From an uncultured Acidobacteriota bacterium (lineage in GTDB: Bacteria > Acidobacteriota > UBA6911), in contig CAWJKZ010000014.1 of assembly GCA_963843575.1 (NCBI GenBank), positions 1 to 64,000 on the forward strand: a stretch of DNA of 64,000 nucleotides, given 5' to 3'. Below, one piece after another: positions 36,742 to 48,372 of the stretch. A program made the position numbers and the translations under genes. The notes beneath the pieces were generated by a model. The model was not told where the DNA came from. It worked only from the letters and a program-made list of their open reading frames with translations, and searched no databases. Within the stretch, counting starts at the first letter, position 1, and each line of letters starts with the position of its first letter.

Positions 36742-39700
36742 TCAATTGCCCGGGGAAGAGGGTTGGGGCTCCGGGATGGTTTGCGGCGCGACCGGGTAAA
36801 GGAATTCTAGTCCCTGGCCCCCGAGCAGCGCGCAAGCCGCCAGGGGAGCGCCCTCAGACGAGATCCGGACGTAGCCGCACACCGGCTGTGTGAGTCCAGG
36901 GACGAGCTCCGGCAGGGTCCTGGAGACGCGAGCCAGCGGGCCCAGTGTGAGCCGGCCGGTCCCGGCCGGGGCGCCCGACGCGGAATACACCTCGACGGTC
37001 ACTTCTGCCGTCGCCGACGTGGGGTTCTGCAGCGCGAGACCTGTGAAGTAGTGGCGGGCTTCCACGGCGCCCTGGAGGACCTGCGGGACAATGAGGTCCC
37101 GAGCCGGTGCGGTTTCGAGGGGCAGGGCTGCGCCGAAGACGCGGCCGGCGGGGTCCCCGCATCGAACCTCGCCAAGCATCCCGGGGCCGTCGGCCGTGAT
37201 GGTTAGGGAGCCCGCCACTCCCGTCCGGGCCAAGGCCGCGTCGGGCAGGCCGAACAAAGCTTCTGCGCGCGCGCGCAATACCGCCCTCGCAGGTAGCACG
37301 GTGACGGTGCTGCCCGCCGCTGCGCCGATCAGGCTGCCGTCGTCGCCGCGGAGCTGCAATCGGAGCAGGCGGTCGACTTCGGCGGTGTTGATCAGGGTCA
37401 GCTCGCTGACGAAGCGTGTCGTGCCGAACAGCCCCGATGCGAACTGAGGAGCGTGCAGCCTGGTTGCAGCCGGGGCAGGCCGACCCGCCAATCGTTCCAT
37501 GACCGAGCCGTTGTCGACCGACTGGTAGCCGAAAACACCGGCGGTGGCGTGGAGACGGATGTAACCTGCCGCCGCACCGGACGGGAAATCGGGGAAGAGG
37601 CTGTGCACGCTCTCGGAGAGCCGGCCCCGCGCCGGCAGCGCACGGTGGGCCACCGCCCTGCACTCGCCCGCCGCGTCGTGGAGGCGGAATTCCAGCTCGA
37701 CGCTGTCGCCAGCCGGGTTGACGACGTCGATCGTGTTCACGAACGATGGGTCATCCCCCGGGCTGACGGGGCGGGCGGTAAAGTAGAGGTCCGGCGAGAT
37801 CGAGTCGGACGCCGTCGAGCCGCCGATCAGGTCTCTGTCGAGATCTCCTTCGACAAAGTCGGCCGCCACGGTGCTGCTCGTCGATTGAGCCCGCATCCAG
37901 CCCTTCCGCGGGCCGTCGGCGCCCAGTCCGTGAAGTTGTGAGACCGGAAGTGTCACCTGGGAATGCGGGGCCAGTGTGACCATCAGCGGGTTCCTGACCG
38001 TGCCACTTTCCGCGATGGTGGCGCCGTCGTCGGAGAGAGCGGAGAAGAGGAGGTCTGCCGGTTGCACGCCCCAGTTGACGAGTGCCACGCCGGTATAGCG
38101 GGACTGGTCCTCCCTGAATCTCGGGAAGTACAGGGTGCGCGCTGTCGTTTCGGGAGTCGCGGCAAGATCCGTTACCACCCAGGCGCGTCCCTCGGTCTGC
38201 TCTCGCACGAAGGCGACCCACTCGTTCCGTATTTTCTGAACCTTGGCGATCTGCTCCGGCACGGCCGGCCGTCCTTGCCTGACAAGCAGGACGAACGCCT
38301 GGCGCAGGACTTTCGGGGACCGCACGGCGGAAGGGACCCGGCGACCCGTGGCGGTTATGACCTGCCCGATGGTCAACTCTTTCCGGGTGCCGCCGAAGCT
38401 GATCCCCGTGGCGGGTGCGCTCCCGGGCGACCGGTTGGCGGTCGGGTCTTCCACGAGGAACGTTGCAGGCACCTCTTCCGGAGAGACGAGCCCCATGAAG
38501 TACTGGTCCAGGCGGCTGTAGGTCCGGGTCGCCGACCTCGTGATGAAGCGCTCTTTGCCGCTCCCCGCCCCGCGGTCCTCGATGTCGTTTCCCCCCATCA
38601 CCGAGGCGTCCGAATCGAGGAAGAAACTCCAGTGCGCCGCTTGCCGGCCGAGCATGGCGCCGGAGTCGACGTCGCCGTCCCTGAAGCCGGCGAAGGCGAG
38701 CCAGCGGTGCCCCACCTCGTGCGCCATAATCGTGATGGTGCTGTTGGTGCCCAGGAAAACCAGACGGGGGTCGGACGGGTATCGGCCCGGGCCGTCCAGG
38801 CTGCCCATCATCACGAAACTGCGCAGGCGTCCATCGCTGCCAAACAGGGGCGTGTTGTCCGTCTTGCTCAACCCTATCCCTTCGACCTCGTTCTTTACGT
38901 TGATCTCATAGGCGTAGCCGTTGTCCAGGTTGTGGTCGAACCCGAGGAAGACGATCACGTGATCGAAGTCGTCGCGGTGGGTATTGAGGAAGAGCCGCGC
39001 GAGCGCAGACTCCGAGATGCCCGGGCGGGACGCAAACACCTCGACGATGCTTCCGGTCAGGAAACCGGATTCCGGCAGGTCCCGGTAATCGACTGCGCTC
39101 ACGGTTTCGTCGCGCAGCGCCGGCGAGAGTCCAACGACGGCATCGACGACCCCGACCTGCTCCCCGTATACAAACTCGATATCCCCGTTCTTGAACAACC
39201 TGATGCTGAAACTGTTGGTCTTCGAGGATCCGGGTGCGGCGACGCCATCCCACGCTACCTGGAGGGCGTCTTCGAAAGAGCGGATGCGAATCGATCCGGC
39301 TGCGGAAGGGTCCAGATCGGTGAAGAGCGCCGCGATCCTGGGGGGCTGTGCAAGGAAGCGGCCGAGATCCCTGGCCTCCGCCCCCTCGTCTGCTCCCGTG
39401 AGCGTGATGTTCCCATCCGAGTTCACGAAAACGGCGTCGTACTCGATGCCGTAAAAAGGGAAACGCCAGTCCAGGTGCACTTCGAGCGAATCGTCATCCG
39501 ACAGCAGGACCTCGTCTGCCCCGGAGGCATCGAAGACCGCCCTGGATGAAGTGACGCGGTATCCCCTGGCTCCGGCTGGTGAAAACCGGAACGCGCGCCC
39601 CGCGAGGTCGAAAACGTTGGTCGGTGCAAGCACGGTCCCGTCGTCTTCAACGACGGCGACATCGCCGATGTCCGCGGAGCCCCCCGTGCCCTCCAGCGCG

Positions 39701-39930
39701 GTCGTGTGTGCCGGTTGCACGCCGTGCCGGCGGCGGGCGGCGTCGTAGCGGGCGCGGGCCATGACGTCACGCTCGCGCTCGACGCTCGTACCGCAGACAA
39801 AGACTGCCCGGCCATTCGCCGTTCCGGGGCCCCGGTCCTCGGCGCTAATCCCGAGGACCGGTAGCAAGGCGGCGAGGAGGCAGACAAGTCCGAGATACGA
39901 TTGAGCCGGCCGAAGGACACGATTTTCCAC
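36742..39930 (-). CDS. Large secreted zinc metallopeptidase-like protein with nidogen-like region and C-terminal beta-sandwich repeats
   Basis: Signal-like segment, FPFYG...FVNSDGNI, AHEVGHRW + AHWSFF; start codon uncertain. Confidence 0.7.
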   Translation of the reverse strand: MENRVLRPAQSYLGLVCLLAALLPVLGISAEDRGPGTANGRAVFVCGTSVERERDVMARARYDAARRRHGVQPAHTTALEGTGGSADIGDVAVVEDDGTVLAPTNVFDLAGRAFRFSPAGARGYRVTSSRAVFDASGADEVLLSDDDSLEVHLDWRFPFYGIEYDAVFVNSDGNITLTGADEGAEARDLGRFLAQPPRIAALFTDLDPSAAGSIRIRSFEDALQVAWDGVAAPGSSKTNSFSIRLFKNGDIEFVYGEQVGVVDAVVGLSPALRDETVSAVDYRDLPESGFLTGSIVEVFASRPGISESALARLFLNTHRDDFDHVIVFLGFDHNLDNGYAYEINVKNEVEGIGLSKTDNTPLFGSDGRLRSFVMMGSLDGPGRYPSDPRLVFLGTNSTITIMAHEVGHRWLAFAGFRDGDVDSGAMLGRQAAHWSFFLDSDASVMGGNDIEDRGAGSGKERFITRSATRTYSRLDQYFMGLVSPEEVPATFLVEDPTANRSPGSAPATGISFGGTRKELTIGQVITATGRRVPSAVRSPKVLRQAFVLLVRQGRPAVPEQIAKVQKIRNEWVAFVREQTEGRAWVVTDLAATPETTARTLYFPRFREDQSRYTGVALVNWGVQPADLLFSALSDDGATIAESGTVRNPLMVTLAPHSQVTLPVSQLHGLGADGPRKGWMRAQSTSSTVAADFVEGDLDRDLIGGSTASDSISPDLYFTARPVSPGDDPSFVNTIDVVNPAGDSVELEFRLHDAAGECRAVAHRALPARGRLSESVHSLFPDFPSGAAAGYIRLHATAGVFGYQSVDNGSVMERLAGRPAPAATRLHAPQFASGLFGTTRFVSELTLINTAEVDRLLRLQLRGDDGSLIGAAAGSTVTVLPARAVLRARAEALFGLPDAALARTGVAGSLTITADGPGMLGEVRCGDPAGRVFGAALPLETAPARDLIVPQVLQGAVEARHYFTGLALQNPTSATAEVTVEVYSASGAPAGTGRLTLGPLARVSRTLPELVPGLTQPVCGYVRISSEGAPLAACALLGGQGLEFLYPVAPQTIPEPQPSSPGN

Positions 39931-40134
39931 AATGAACTTATCGGGTGTCCGGCCGGCTCCGTTAGACTCTTGGAGCCGGCTTTGAAGAAGAGGGACTCGA
40001 CGCGGAAAAATCGACAAAAGCGTCCCACGCGGCCGGCTCCGTGTGTCATCCTTCACTTTCGGTGCATCGAGGAAAGGAGTGGGAGGTCATTGGGAAACAC
40101 GTGTCCACGTTCGAGCGCGATTCGCCCGGCGGCA

Positions 40135-42084
40135 ATGGCAGCGTCGTTGGCGATTCTGATTTTTGTGGCGGCTGCATCCATTGCCGGGGTGGACGGTGCC
40201 GGGGTGCCGGCCGCGGAGCGGTTTGAGCGGGTCGGCCCCTTCGGCGGGGATGTGCGTTCACTGCTGATCAGCGACGCCGACTCGGCCCGCGTTTACCTCG
40301 GGACCAGCGACGGCCAGATCTACCGGTCGGACGACGGCGGGGAATCGTGGAAGCGGATTCACCCGGGGATCGGACGTCGGCAGTTCGTCGTCGACACCCT
40401 CGTGCAACACCCCGGCGACCCCTCCCGGATTTATGCCGGGGCGTGGGATCTGCGTTCCAGGGGGGGCGGGTTGTTCGAGTCGCGGGACGCAGGCGCATCC
40501 TGGTCGGCGGTGCAGTTGGCGGAAGGCGCCGCGGCCGTCAGGGACTTCGCGATCTGCAGACACAAGCCGGACTATATGGTTGCCGGCACCCTGGGCGGCG
40601 CCTACGTCTCGAGCGACGGCGGAAAGCACTGGTCGAGGACCGGGGGCGATTTCCGGGACATCGAATCGGTGGCGATCAATCCGTCCAATCCCCGAATCCT
40701 GTTTGTCGGGACCTGGCGCCTCGGATACCGTTCGACGGATTTCGGCCGGACATGGGTCGGCGTGCACCAAGGCATGATGTTCGACTCCGACGTGTTCTCG
40801 ATCGCGATCGACCCGCGCAGGCCCCAGGTGATGTATGCCGGTGCGTGCAGCGGGATCTACCGGTCCGCAAACGGGGCATCGTCGTGGTCCAGGTTGCGGA
40901 TCGTGCCGGCGCGCTTCACCGTTCGGACCCGCGTCGTGGCAGTAGACCCGTCCGACCCGCAGCGCGTTTACGGAGGGACGACGGAGGGGCTGTTCGTCAG
41001 CCGGGACGACGGGCGTACCTGGACGCGGATGACACGTCCCGACGTCATCGTGAACGCCGTCCAGGTCGACCCCCGCAACAACAGCAGGATCCTCCTGGGC
41101 ACCGAGAACGAGGGGGTGCTGGCGAGTGACGATGCGGGCCGAACCTGGCGTGCGGCGAACAGCGGGTTCGTCCATCGACAGGTGAGCCGGATCGTCGCCG
41201 AAGCCCGGTCCGATCGGGTGTTTGCGGGCCTGACAGACGGCGGCGGGGGAGTGTACCAGCTGGATAGAGGCGGTAGGAAATGGGATCGCCCGGCGCCCGG
41301 GATGCTTCCCGCGGGCGATCTGCGGGCCTACCTGCCGCTGCCGGATGGGAGGCGCTGTCTCGCGGGCACGTCGCGCGGTCTCTACCTCCAGGCGGGACCG
41401 GGTGCGGCGTGGACGCGGCTCCCGGGAGTGGTGGAACGCCTGGCCATCAGCGACCTCGCGCTGGATGCGGCGAGTGGCCTGGTGTTTGCGGGCACCAACC
41501 GCGGGGTGGTCCGGGCGCCCCTGTCGAGCCTGAAATTCGAGGTGCCCCCGCAAAGCCGCTTCGCCCCCCAGGTTGCGTCGGTGATCGTCGCCGGGACGTC
41601 GCCACGCCGGGTGTATGCGGCGACCACAGCGGGTGTGCTCCGCTCTAGCGACGGCGGCGCCAGCTGGCTGTCGTGCTCCCGCGGCCTGCCGGACAGGGCT
41701 ACGATCGAGGCGCTGGCCGTGTCGCCTGTGGACGAGCGATTTCTTCTGGCCGGGACCGCGGCGGGCCTTTTCGAGTCGCGCGACGGCGGCGACACCTGGA
41801 CGAAGTCAGTTGACGGCCGGCTCGGCGTCGATGTCCCTTCCGTCATTTTTCTCGATGCGGCGGGAAAGGGGATTTTGGCTGCCGACAACACGTTCGGCGG
41901 GGTTTTCCTCTCGGCGGATGCGGGCAACAGCTGGAGCCGGATCGAGGCCGACGAGTTCAGTTCGCCCGTGCGCTACCTTGCGCTCGATCCGGTCGACCCC
42001 AGCCGTGTCTACCTGGGCACAAACTCCGACGGTGTCTACCGCCTGCGCCTCGACGGGATTTTCCCATGGACAGACTCTCACTGA
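40135..42084 (+). CDS. BNR/Asp-box (YCF48/VPS10-like) beta-propeller protein
   Basis: Repeated SxDGGxxW motifs, GPFGGDVRSL after a signal peptide. Confidence 0.88.
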   Translation: MAASLAILIFVAAASIAGVDGAGVPAAERFERVGPFGGDVRSLLISDADSARVYLGTSDGQIYRSDDGGESWKRIHPGIGRRQFVVDTLVQHPGDPSRIYAGAWDLRSRGGGLFESRDAGASWSAVQLAEGAAAVRDFAICRHKPDYMVAGTLGGAYVSSDGGKHWSRTGGDFRDIESVAINPSNPRILFVGTWRLGYRSTDFGRTWVGVHQGMMFDSDVFSIAIDPRRPQVMYAGACSGIYRSANGASSWSRLRIVPARFTVRTRVVAVDPSDPQRVYGGTTEGLFVSRDDGRTWTRMTRPDVIVNAVQVDPRNNSRILLGTENEGVLASDDAGRTWRAANSGFVHRQVSRIVAEARSDRVFAGLTDGGGGVYQLDRGGRKWDRPAPGMLPAGDLRAYLPLPDGRRCLAGTSRGLYLQAGPGAAWTRLPGVVERLAISDLALDAASGLVFAGTNRGVVRAPLSSLKFEVPPQSRFAPQVASVIVAGTSPRRVYAATTAGVLRSSDGGASWLSCSRGLPDRATIEALAVSPVDERFLLAGTAAGLFESRDGGDTWTKSVDGRLGVDVPSVIFLDAAGKGILAADNTFGGVFLSADAGNSWSRIEADEFSSPVRYLALDPVDPSRVYLGTNSDGVYRLRLDGIFPWTDSH

Positions 42085-42245
42085 GGGCGCGTCGGTGTTC
42101 ATCCGCCTCGGGAGCCAAGACAATCCGGACGCCGATTTCCGCGATTGAACGAATTCGCCTGCGGTCTGGCCGGAGGCCCCGGGAGGTTAATCCCGGGGGT
42201 TCCGTCACCCCCAGATCTGCTATGATCAGTCGGGGTTAGAGCCAT

Positions 42246-45009
42246 ATGAGACCGCCTCTCCGAGTTCTCTGGATCGCGCTCCTGACCGCCGCCGTGTGCT
42301 CCGGCCAGCAGCGGCCGCGAGTGCCGCGTCCCTCCGCGTCCCGCAGCGGGCCCGCCTACATGCAGAGGCTGAAGTCCTTCGACGAGACACAATTCGTCAC
42401 CAAGGCCGTGCTGCGCAACGGCCTCAACGTCGTCGTGAACGAGTTCCGGAGTACGCCGGTGGTGACGATCTCTACGTACGCGCCAGCGGGTATGGTTGAC
42501 GAACCCGAGAACGCCCCCGGGATCTCGCGGCTCTTCGCCGACCTGATGCGCCGCGGTACGGCAGAACGCCCCCGGGGCGATGTGGGCCGCGAGGTTGCCG
42601 CCCTCGGCGGCGAAATCGATGCGGAGGCCGGGTACGACTACACGCGATTCGAGATCACCGTCCCCGCGATGCAGTGGAAGAAGGCCCTGGAGATCGCCGC
42701 CGACGCGTACCTCAACCCGAAACTCGAGCCGGGAGAGGCGGGGCGGGCGGCAGAACGGATCGCGCTGGAACGGGCGCGCTCTCTGGATCGTCCTGCCGAC
42801 ATGCTCTGCGAGTCGCTGCTCGAACTGGGCCTCGCCTCGCAGACCGGCCGGTTGCCGTTTGAGGTGGACGTCCAGGCGCTGTCGCGCTTGACGTCCGAGT
42901 CGCTGGCGGAACACTACAAGTCCCTGTGCTCCCTCTCGCGCACGCTCCTGGTGGTCAGCGGCGACGTGAATGCGCCCGACGTCCTCACCGACGTCGTGAA
43001 ACTCTACGACCGGCCCTCGGCGGCAGCCGTAAAACCGGAGGTGTCTTCCGCCGTGCATCCGACGACCGGGTTCCGTTACCGCGAACTGCGCGGCGACGTC
43101 GGGGTGGCGCAGCTGCTTCTGGGTTTCCACGGTCCGGCGGCCGGGGCGACGGATTACGCGGCTGCGGAAGTGTTGCGGGCCATGCTCGGCGCGGGCGACG
43201 GCTCGATCCTGGCGCAGCGGCTGGGAGAAGGGAAGAAGATCGTCAACAGCGTCGAATCCCGTCTGATCGCCGCTGAGAAGTGGGGCTACCTGACCCTCAG
43301 GCTGGAGCTGGATCCGGCCAACATCGACAAGTGCGAGCTTGCGGCGGCGACGGAGCTGGAGATCCTCCGCCGCTCGGACCCGGACGACGACGAGGTGCGG
43401 CGAGCCGTGGCTCAGTGCGAAAGGGAGTTCTGGGCCGAGCAGGAAACCACCGCCGGGCGGGCGCACCTGCTTGCTCGATTCGAAGCGCTCGGCAGCTGGA
43501 AGAAATCGGACCTCTACGTCGCGCAGCTGCGGCAGGTGAAACCCGCCGATGTCCGCAGGGCCGCGTCCAAATACCTGGACTACACGGATTGCGTTGCTGG
43601 TCGAACTCCTGCCGTTCACCGCCGAAGCGCGCGGGCTCCAGGGTGAGACGGTGCTGAAAAGCCTGCTGCAGCTCGTGGAGGCCTCTGTGCGTCAGGAGCT
43701 GGATGCGCGCGAAAGGGAGACCAAGCCAGCGCTCGAGCTCCCGCGCGCCCCCGCGTTCAAGTTCAGCGAGGTGCGGACGAATTTTCAGACGGCGTCCATA
43801 TTACGCGGCCCGGAACTGTTCATCCGTGAAGACCACACGCTGCCGCTGATCCACCTGGGATTCTTCTATCCGGGGGGCAAGTTGAGCGAGACGCGGGAAA
43901 ACAGCGGGATAACCGCCCTGATGCTCCAGTCGATGCTGGGGGCGACGGGCGATAAGACCGCAAGGCAAGTCTGGCGGCAGCTGGAGATCTACGGCGGCCG
44001 GGTGTATCCCGTGGTGGCGGATGACTGCTTCGGCTTTTTCTTCTCCGTGCTCGCGCAGAACATCGATCCGGCGCTCAACCTGCTCGGTCAAATGGTCACC
44101 GCGCCGAAGTTCGAAGACGAGCACATCGCGCGCCGGCAGGAGCTTCAGCTGTGGCGCATCCGCGCGGCGCGAGGCGACGGCGGCCGCCACGCGACGGAGC
44201 TCTTCAACGACGCGATGTTTGTGGGCCACCCTTACGCCTTGCGCCCCGACGGCACCGAGGCGAGCGTCAAGGCGCTTTCACCCGAAGCGGTCCGGCAGTG
44301 GTACAAGAACACCGTCGAGCACCGTAAGCCGGTCGTGGTTGTGATCGGAGACACGCAGGGGACGACCCTGGCCGCCTATTTCGTCCGCAACTTCAGCGGT
44401 TCGCGCTTCCAGGACACCGTGTTGCCGGCCGAGTATGCCAAGACCCCGGAAAACAAGGGGATGGCGGACGAAAAAGGCAGCAGGCGCCTGAGCGTGGTGA
44501 AGCTCGGGTTCGCCGCGCCCCCGCAAGGGGACGAAGAGGGACCCGTCGTGGACATGCTCTGCGATCTGCTCGGGGGGACGGGCGGGCGGCTGCACGAGCA
44601 ATTGGAGGAGGCAGAAGCGCTCGCCACGGGAGTCGCCGTCGATTACGAGCCGCGGCTCCGCTCGGGCAGCGTCGTGGCCACGGCGTATACAGCTCCGCAG
44701 AACGAAGAAAAGGTCCTCAAGATCCTGGAGGACGAACTGCGCCGGGTGATCGATGCACCGCTGCTTTACAGGGATTACCGTACCTCGATGAATGCCGCCA
44801 TCGGCAGAATCCAGATCTCACATCAACGGCGCTTCGTGCGCATCCGGGACGTGGTCGCCAACGTCCTGGCGGGCAAGGGGCTGCAAGGCGCGCTGGAATA
44901 CACCACCCGCATCCAGGATGCCGGGCAGGACGACCTCCCCGATGTCGCCCGGCGATTTTTCGACACACGGAAGTCCGTCACGGTCAGGCTGCGCGGACGC
45001 CCGGAGTGA
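42246..45009 (+). CDS. M16 (pitrilysin) family protein, two fused halves, probably non-catalytic; frameshift near 43590
   Basis: LRNGLNVVV...PVVTI...G...DE...GIS; second half EDHTLPLI...GG...ET.ENSGIT, HPYA; no HXXEH. Confidence 0.85.
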
Positions 45010-45147
45010 AGCGCGACAGGCGCGGCAGCTGAAGCGCCCGCATTGATCCGGGCGCCCCGAAATGCTTGCGCAATTCCGGCGCACCGGGCTTAGACTTCCT
45101 GATGTAAGTGGCGGAGACGTCTTGGCTGAGTTCCAAGGGAGGGGCGT

Positions 45148-47354
45148 GTGCGCAGGTTCGTGCCCAGAACGCGGATGGCGATTTTCACCACCATCGTCGT
45201 CGCCCTCTGGGTCGTGAAAACTCTGGTGTTGAGCGCGGACGCCCGGCGCGCCCTGAGCCCCGGGCAGCAGGTTTCGTTCAACCTCCTGACCCTCCTGCTC
45301 GTCATTCCTGCGGTTTACTACGCCGGCAAGCTGTTTGGCTTCCTCCGCCGCAGGCTGCTGTGGAAGTTGAGGCGACGACTTATCCTCGCCCACGTCTTTA
45401 TCGGAGCCATACCGGTCCTGCTGATCGTCGTCATCGTATGGGTCGCCGCCCTTCTCTTTTTCTACCAGTTCAGCTATTACCTCATCTCCAACCAGATCGG
45501 CATTCACACGGCCCAAGTCCACGCCTTCAACCTATCGCTCAGGGCGGCGCTCCAACAGTCCGCTGCTCCCGCCCCCTCGGTGTCCGCCCTCAAGGGACTG
45601 CTCGAGCGGGATGCGCACTATCTGTTGGGCGAATACCCTTCCGCCCGCGTCGTGTTGCACGCCGAGGACGGCAGCGGGGGAGTCGTCGTCTACGGCAACC
45701 GGAACGTCAACGCCGCCCTCATCCGGAAGTACCAGGTGCCCCGGTGGGCCGCCGGGCGCGAATTCAGCGGGCTCGTGCTGGAGGATTCGGAGCCGGACCT
45801 GTACCTGCCCGCGGGTACGGGGCGGGACGCCGGGCGCCGCAACCGCCTCTATCTCCGCAGCCTCGTCTTCGGAGACCTCCGCCCGGAGTTGCCGTTCAGC
45901 GTGGAGGTGTCGGTCCCCTTCGACGGTTACCTGCTCGATCGCCTGAAGGCGGCGCTGGGACAGGACCTGCTCCTGGCGGACCACGTGGAGGTCTCCGGAC
46001 TGAGCGTGATGCTTCAGACGACCGACATCCTCCAGAAAAACGTGGTCACTGCCACCTACGACAACGAAAACCCCGCGCAGTCACTCGGTCGCTCGGTGTG
46101 GTCCATCCTCTTGTACCCGATCTCCTGGAACTCCGGGACCGAGCGCGTGTCCGGCGATTCCCAGGTCCTGTTCATCGAGCTGTCGACCTCCAAGCTCATC
46201 CAGAACGTCTTTCGCTCGGAAAGCAACGTCTCAACGACGATCCTGGGCGTCCTGCGGATAGTCGTCGGCTTTTTCCTGGTCGTGGAACTCATCTCGCTTG
46301 TGATCGGCATCGCGCTGACCAAATCGATCACGAGCGCGGTCTACAACCTCTACCGGGGCACGGAGTTCGTGAAACGCGGGGATTTCAGCCACCGCATCGT
46401 CGTGAGATCGAACGACCAGCTCGGCGCCCTGGCCTCGTCCTTCAACCAGATGACCGAATACGTTCAGGCGTTGGTCAAGGAACGCGTCCAGAAGGAACGG
46501 CTCGAACGCGAGCTCGAGATCGCCAAGGAGGTGCAGGAACAGCTGTTTCCCCGCGAGGCGCCGCAAATGCCGCAAATGGAACTCACCGGCCTTTGCCTCC
46601 CCGCCCGCGTCGTCAGCGGCGACTACTACGATTTCCTCCGGTTCAACGCCGACCACATGGGCCTGGCGCTCGGCGACATCTGCGGGAAAGGGATCTCGGC
46701 CGCACTCCTGATGGCCAACCTGCAGGCAGCCCTGCGCAGCAACGTGATCCAGTTCTTCAAGGAAACCCCGAGAACCCCCTCGCCAATCCCGCAGGTGCAG
46801 TGGCCGAGGTCGTCAAGACACTCAACGACCAGATCTGCAGCTACACCTCAGCCAACAAATACGCTTCCTTCTTCTTCGCTGTCTACGACGACGCCCACAC
46901 GACCTTCACCTACTGCAACGCCGGGCACAACCCGCCGCTCTATTTCAACCACAACGATTGCCAGCGCCTGAGTACCGGAGGGACCGTCGTCGGCATCTTC
47001 CCGGATGCGGAATATGAGCAGGAGTCGGTACAGTTCCACCCGGGCGATCTCTTCCTGGCTTACACCGACGGGATCGTGGAGTGCGTCAACGAATACGGCG
47101 AAGAGTTCGGCGAGGACCGCCTGGTCCGACTCGTTCAGCACAATCGCGACAGGTCCGCGGAAGACATACAGAAGCTCGTCGTCGACGAGGTGCTCAACTG
47201 GGCCTACGAAGAGGAGCGCGACGACGACATGACCCTGATCGTGGCCAAGATGCGCACGAACACAAGCGGAACGCCGGGATCCGTCTCCGAGACATTCCGT
47301 GAAGAGCGCCCGGTTGTCGAACCGAAGGGCCCCCCGAATAGTCAATCCTCGTGA
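45148..47354 (+). CDS. Membrane HAMP + SpoIIE/RsbU PP2C phosphatase; frameshift near 46760
   Basis: DQLGALASSFNQM (HAMP), VSGDYYD, GDICGKG, NAGHNPP, YTDGI, DDMT. Confidence 0.92.
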
Positions 47355-47363
47355 TGTCACCCA

Positions 47364-47727
47364 TGCGATTCAGACAGTGCGCAGGCGACTCAAAATCCCT
47401 CGGACGCGGACGAACGCCGGCAAAGCTCGACGGGGCGTCCTGGATGCCGCACGGCGGCCGGAGCAAAGCGCCGGTTGGTTCTCCGGGGTGGGCTTGCGGC
47501 AAGCGCACTGGAGCTCGGAGCGCGGGTCCGGCCTGGCACGAGAGCGTTTGCCGCCAGCCCACCCCGGAGAACCACATCCAGAGCGCCCCGTCGAGCTTTG
47601 CACACGGATCAAAGCAAACTTGGTGTTCGCGCAAGAATACATTTTGGCGCGAGCCCTAAGCTACAACGTAAATCCGCGAGAATCCGCGTTCCAGGAAGTT
47701 TGCAGGATCCCCAGCGTCTGAATCGCA
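47364..47727. mobile_element. Non-autonomous element with 12-bp TIRs and 10-bp flanking direct repeat, containing a long hairpin
   Basis: TGCGATTCAGAC (47364-75) / GTCTGAATCGCA (47716-27); GATGTCACCC at 47353-62 and 47728-37; internal 18- and 19-bp perfect stems. Confidence 0.7.
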
Positions 47728-47745
47728 GATGTCACCCCGATTGTC

Positions 47746-47773
47746 TTGACGAAGTGTGAGGTTGCGGCATAAT
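47746..47773 (+). promoter_or_regulatory. Putative sigma70 promoter TTGACG-N16-CATAAT
   Basis: Near-consensus hexamers just upstream of the ATG at 47789. Confidence 0.5.
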
Positions 47774-47788
47774 CTGAATTAACTGAAT

Positions 47789-48361
47789 ATGCCGAAACGT
47801 TCCTTTTTCACGACGTTCGAAATCAGCCAGATCTGCGAGGTGAATCCCACCACCGTGCAGAACTGGGTCAAGGAGAAGAAACTCAAGGCGTATTCGACCC
47901 CGGGAGGGCATCGCAGGATCCGGCGCGAAGATCTGGCGGAGTTCATGCGCGAGTTCGGTTTGCCCGTCCCGAAAGATCTTCAGCTGCCCAAGCGTCTTGT
48001 CATGATTGTAGATGACGAGAGCGATGTGCTCGACATGCTCAAGTCCGTGATGCAGTCCTCCGGCGAGGAACTCGAGGTGGTGACGGCTCGGGGCGGGGTC
48101 GAGGCGCTGCTGCTGATCGGGGCGCGCCAGCCCGATCTGCTCGTGCTGGACATCATGATGCCTGGCATGAACGGATTCGAAGTCTGCCGCAAGCTCAAGT
48201 CCAACCCGGCCACCGCACAGATCAAGATCGTGGCGATCACCGGCGACCACAGTTCCGGCATCCGCGAGCGCATCCTCCAGGCGGGAGCCGACCTGTTCTT
48301 CACCAAGCCATTGGACATCGTGCAGTTCCGGGACCAGTGCGCCACGCTGATGAAATCCTGA
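47789..48361 (+). CDS. Response regulator with N-terminal excisionase/MerR-like HTH
   Basis: FTTFEISQICEVNPTTVQNWV...TPGGHRRI, then receiver domain IVDDE...LDIMMP...KP. Confidence 0.92.
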   Translation: MPKRSFFTTFEISQICEVNPTTVQNWVKEKKLKAYSTPGGHRRIRREDLAEFMREFGLPVPKDLQLPKRLVMIVDDESDVLDMLKSVMQSSGEELEVVTARGGVEALLLIGARQPDLLVLDIMMPGMNGFEVCRKLKSNPATAQIKIVAITGDHSSGIRERILQAGADLFFTKPLDIVQFRDQCATLMKS

Positions 48362-48372
48362 GGAGATGACTC

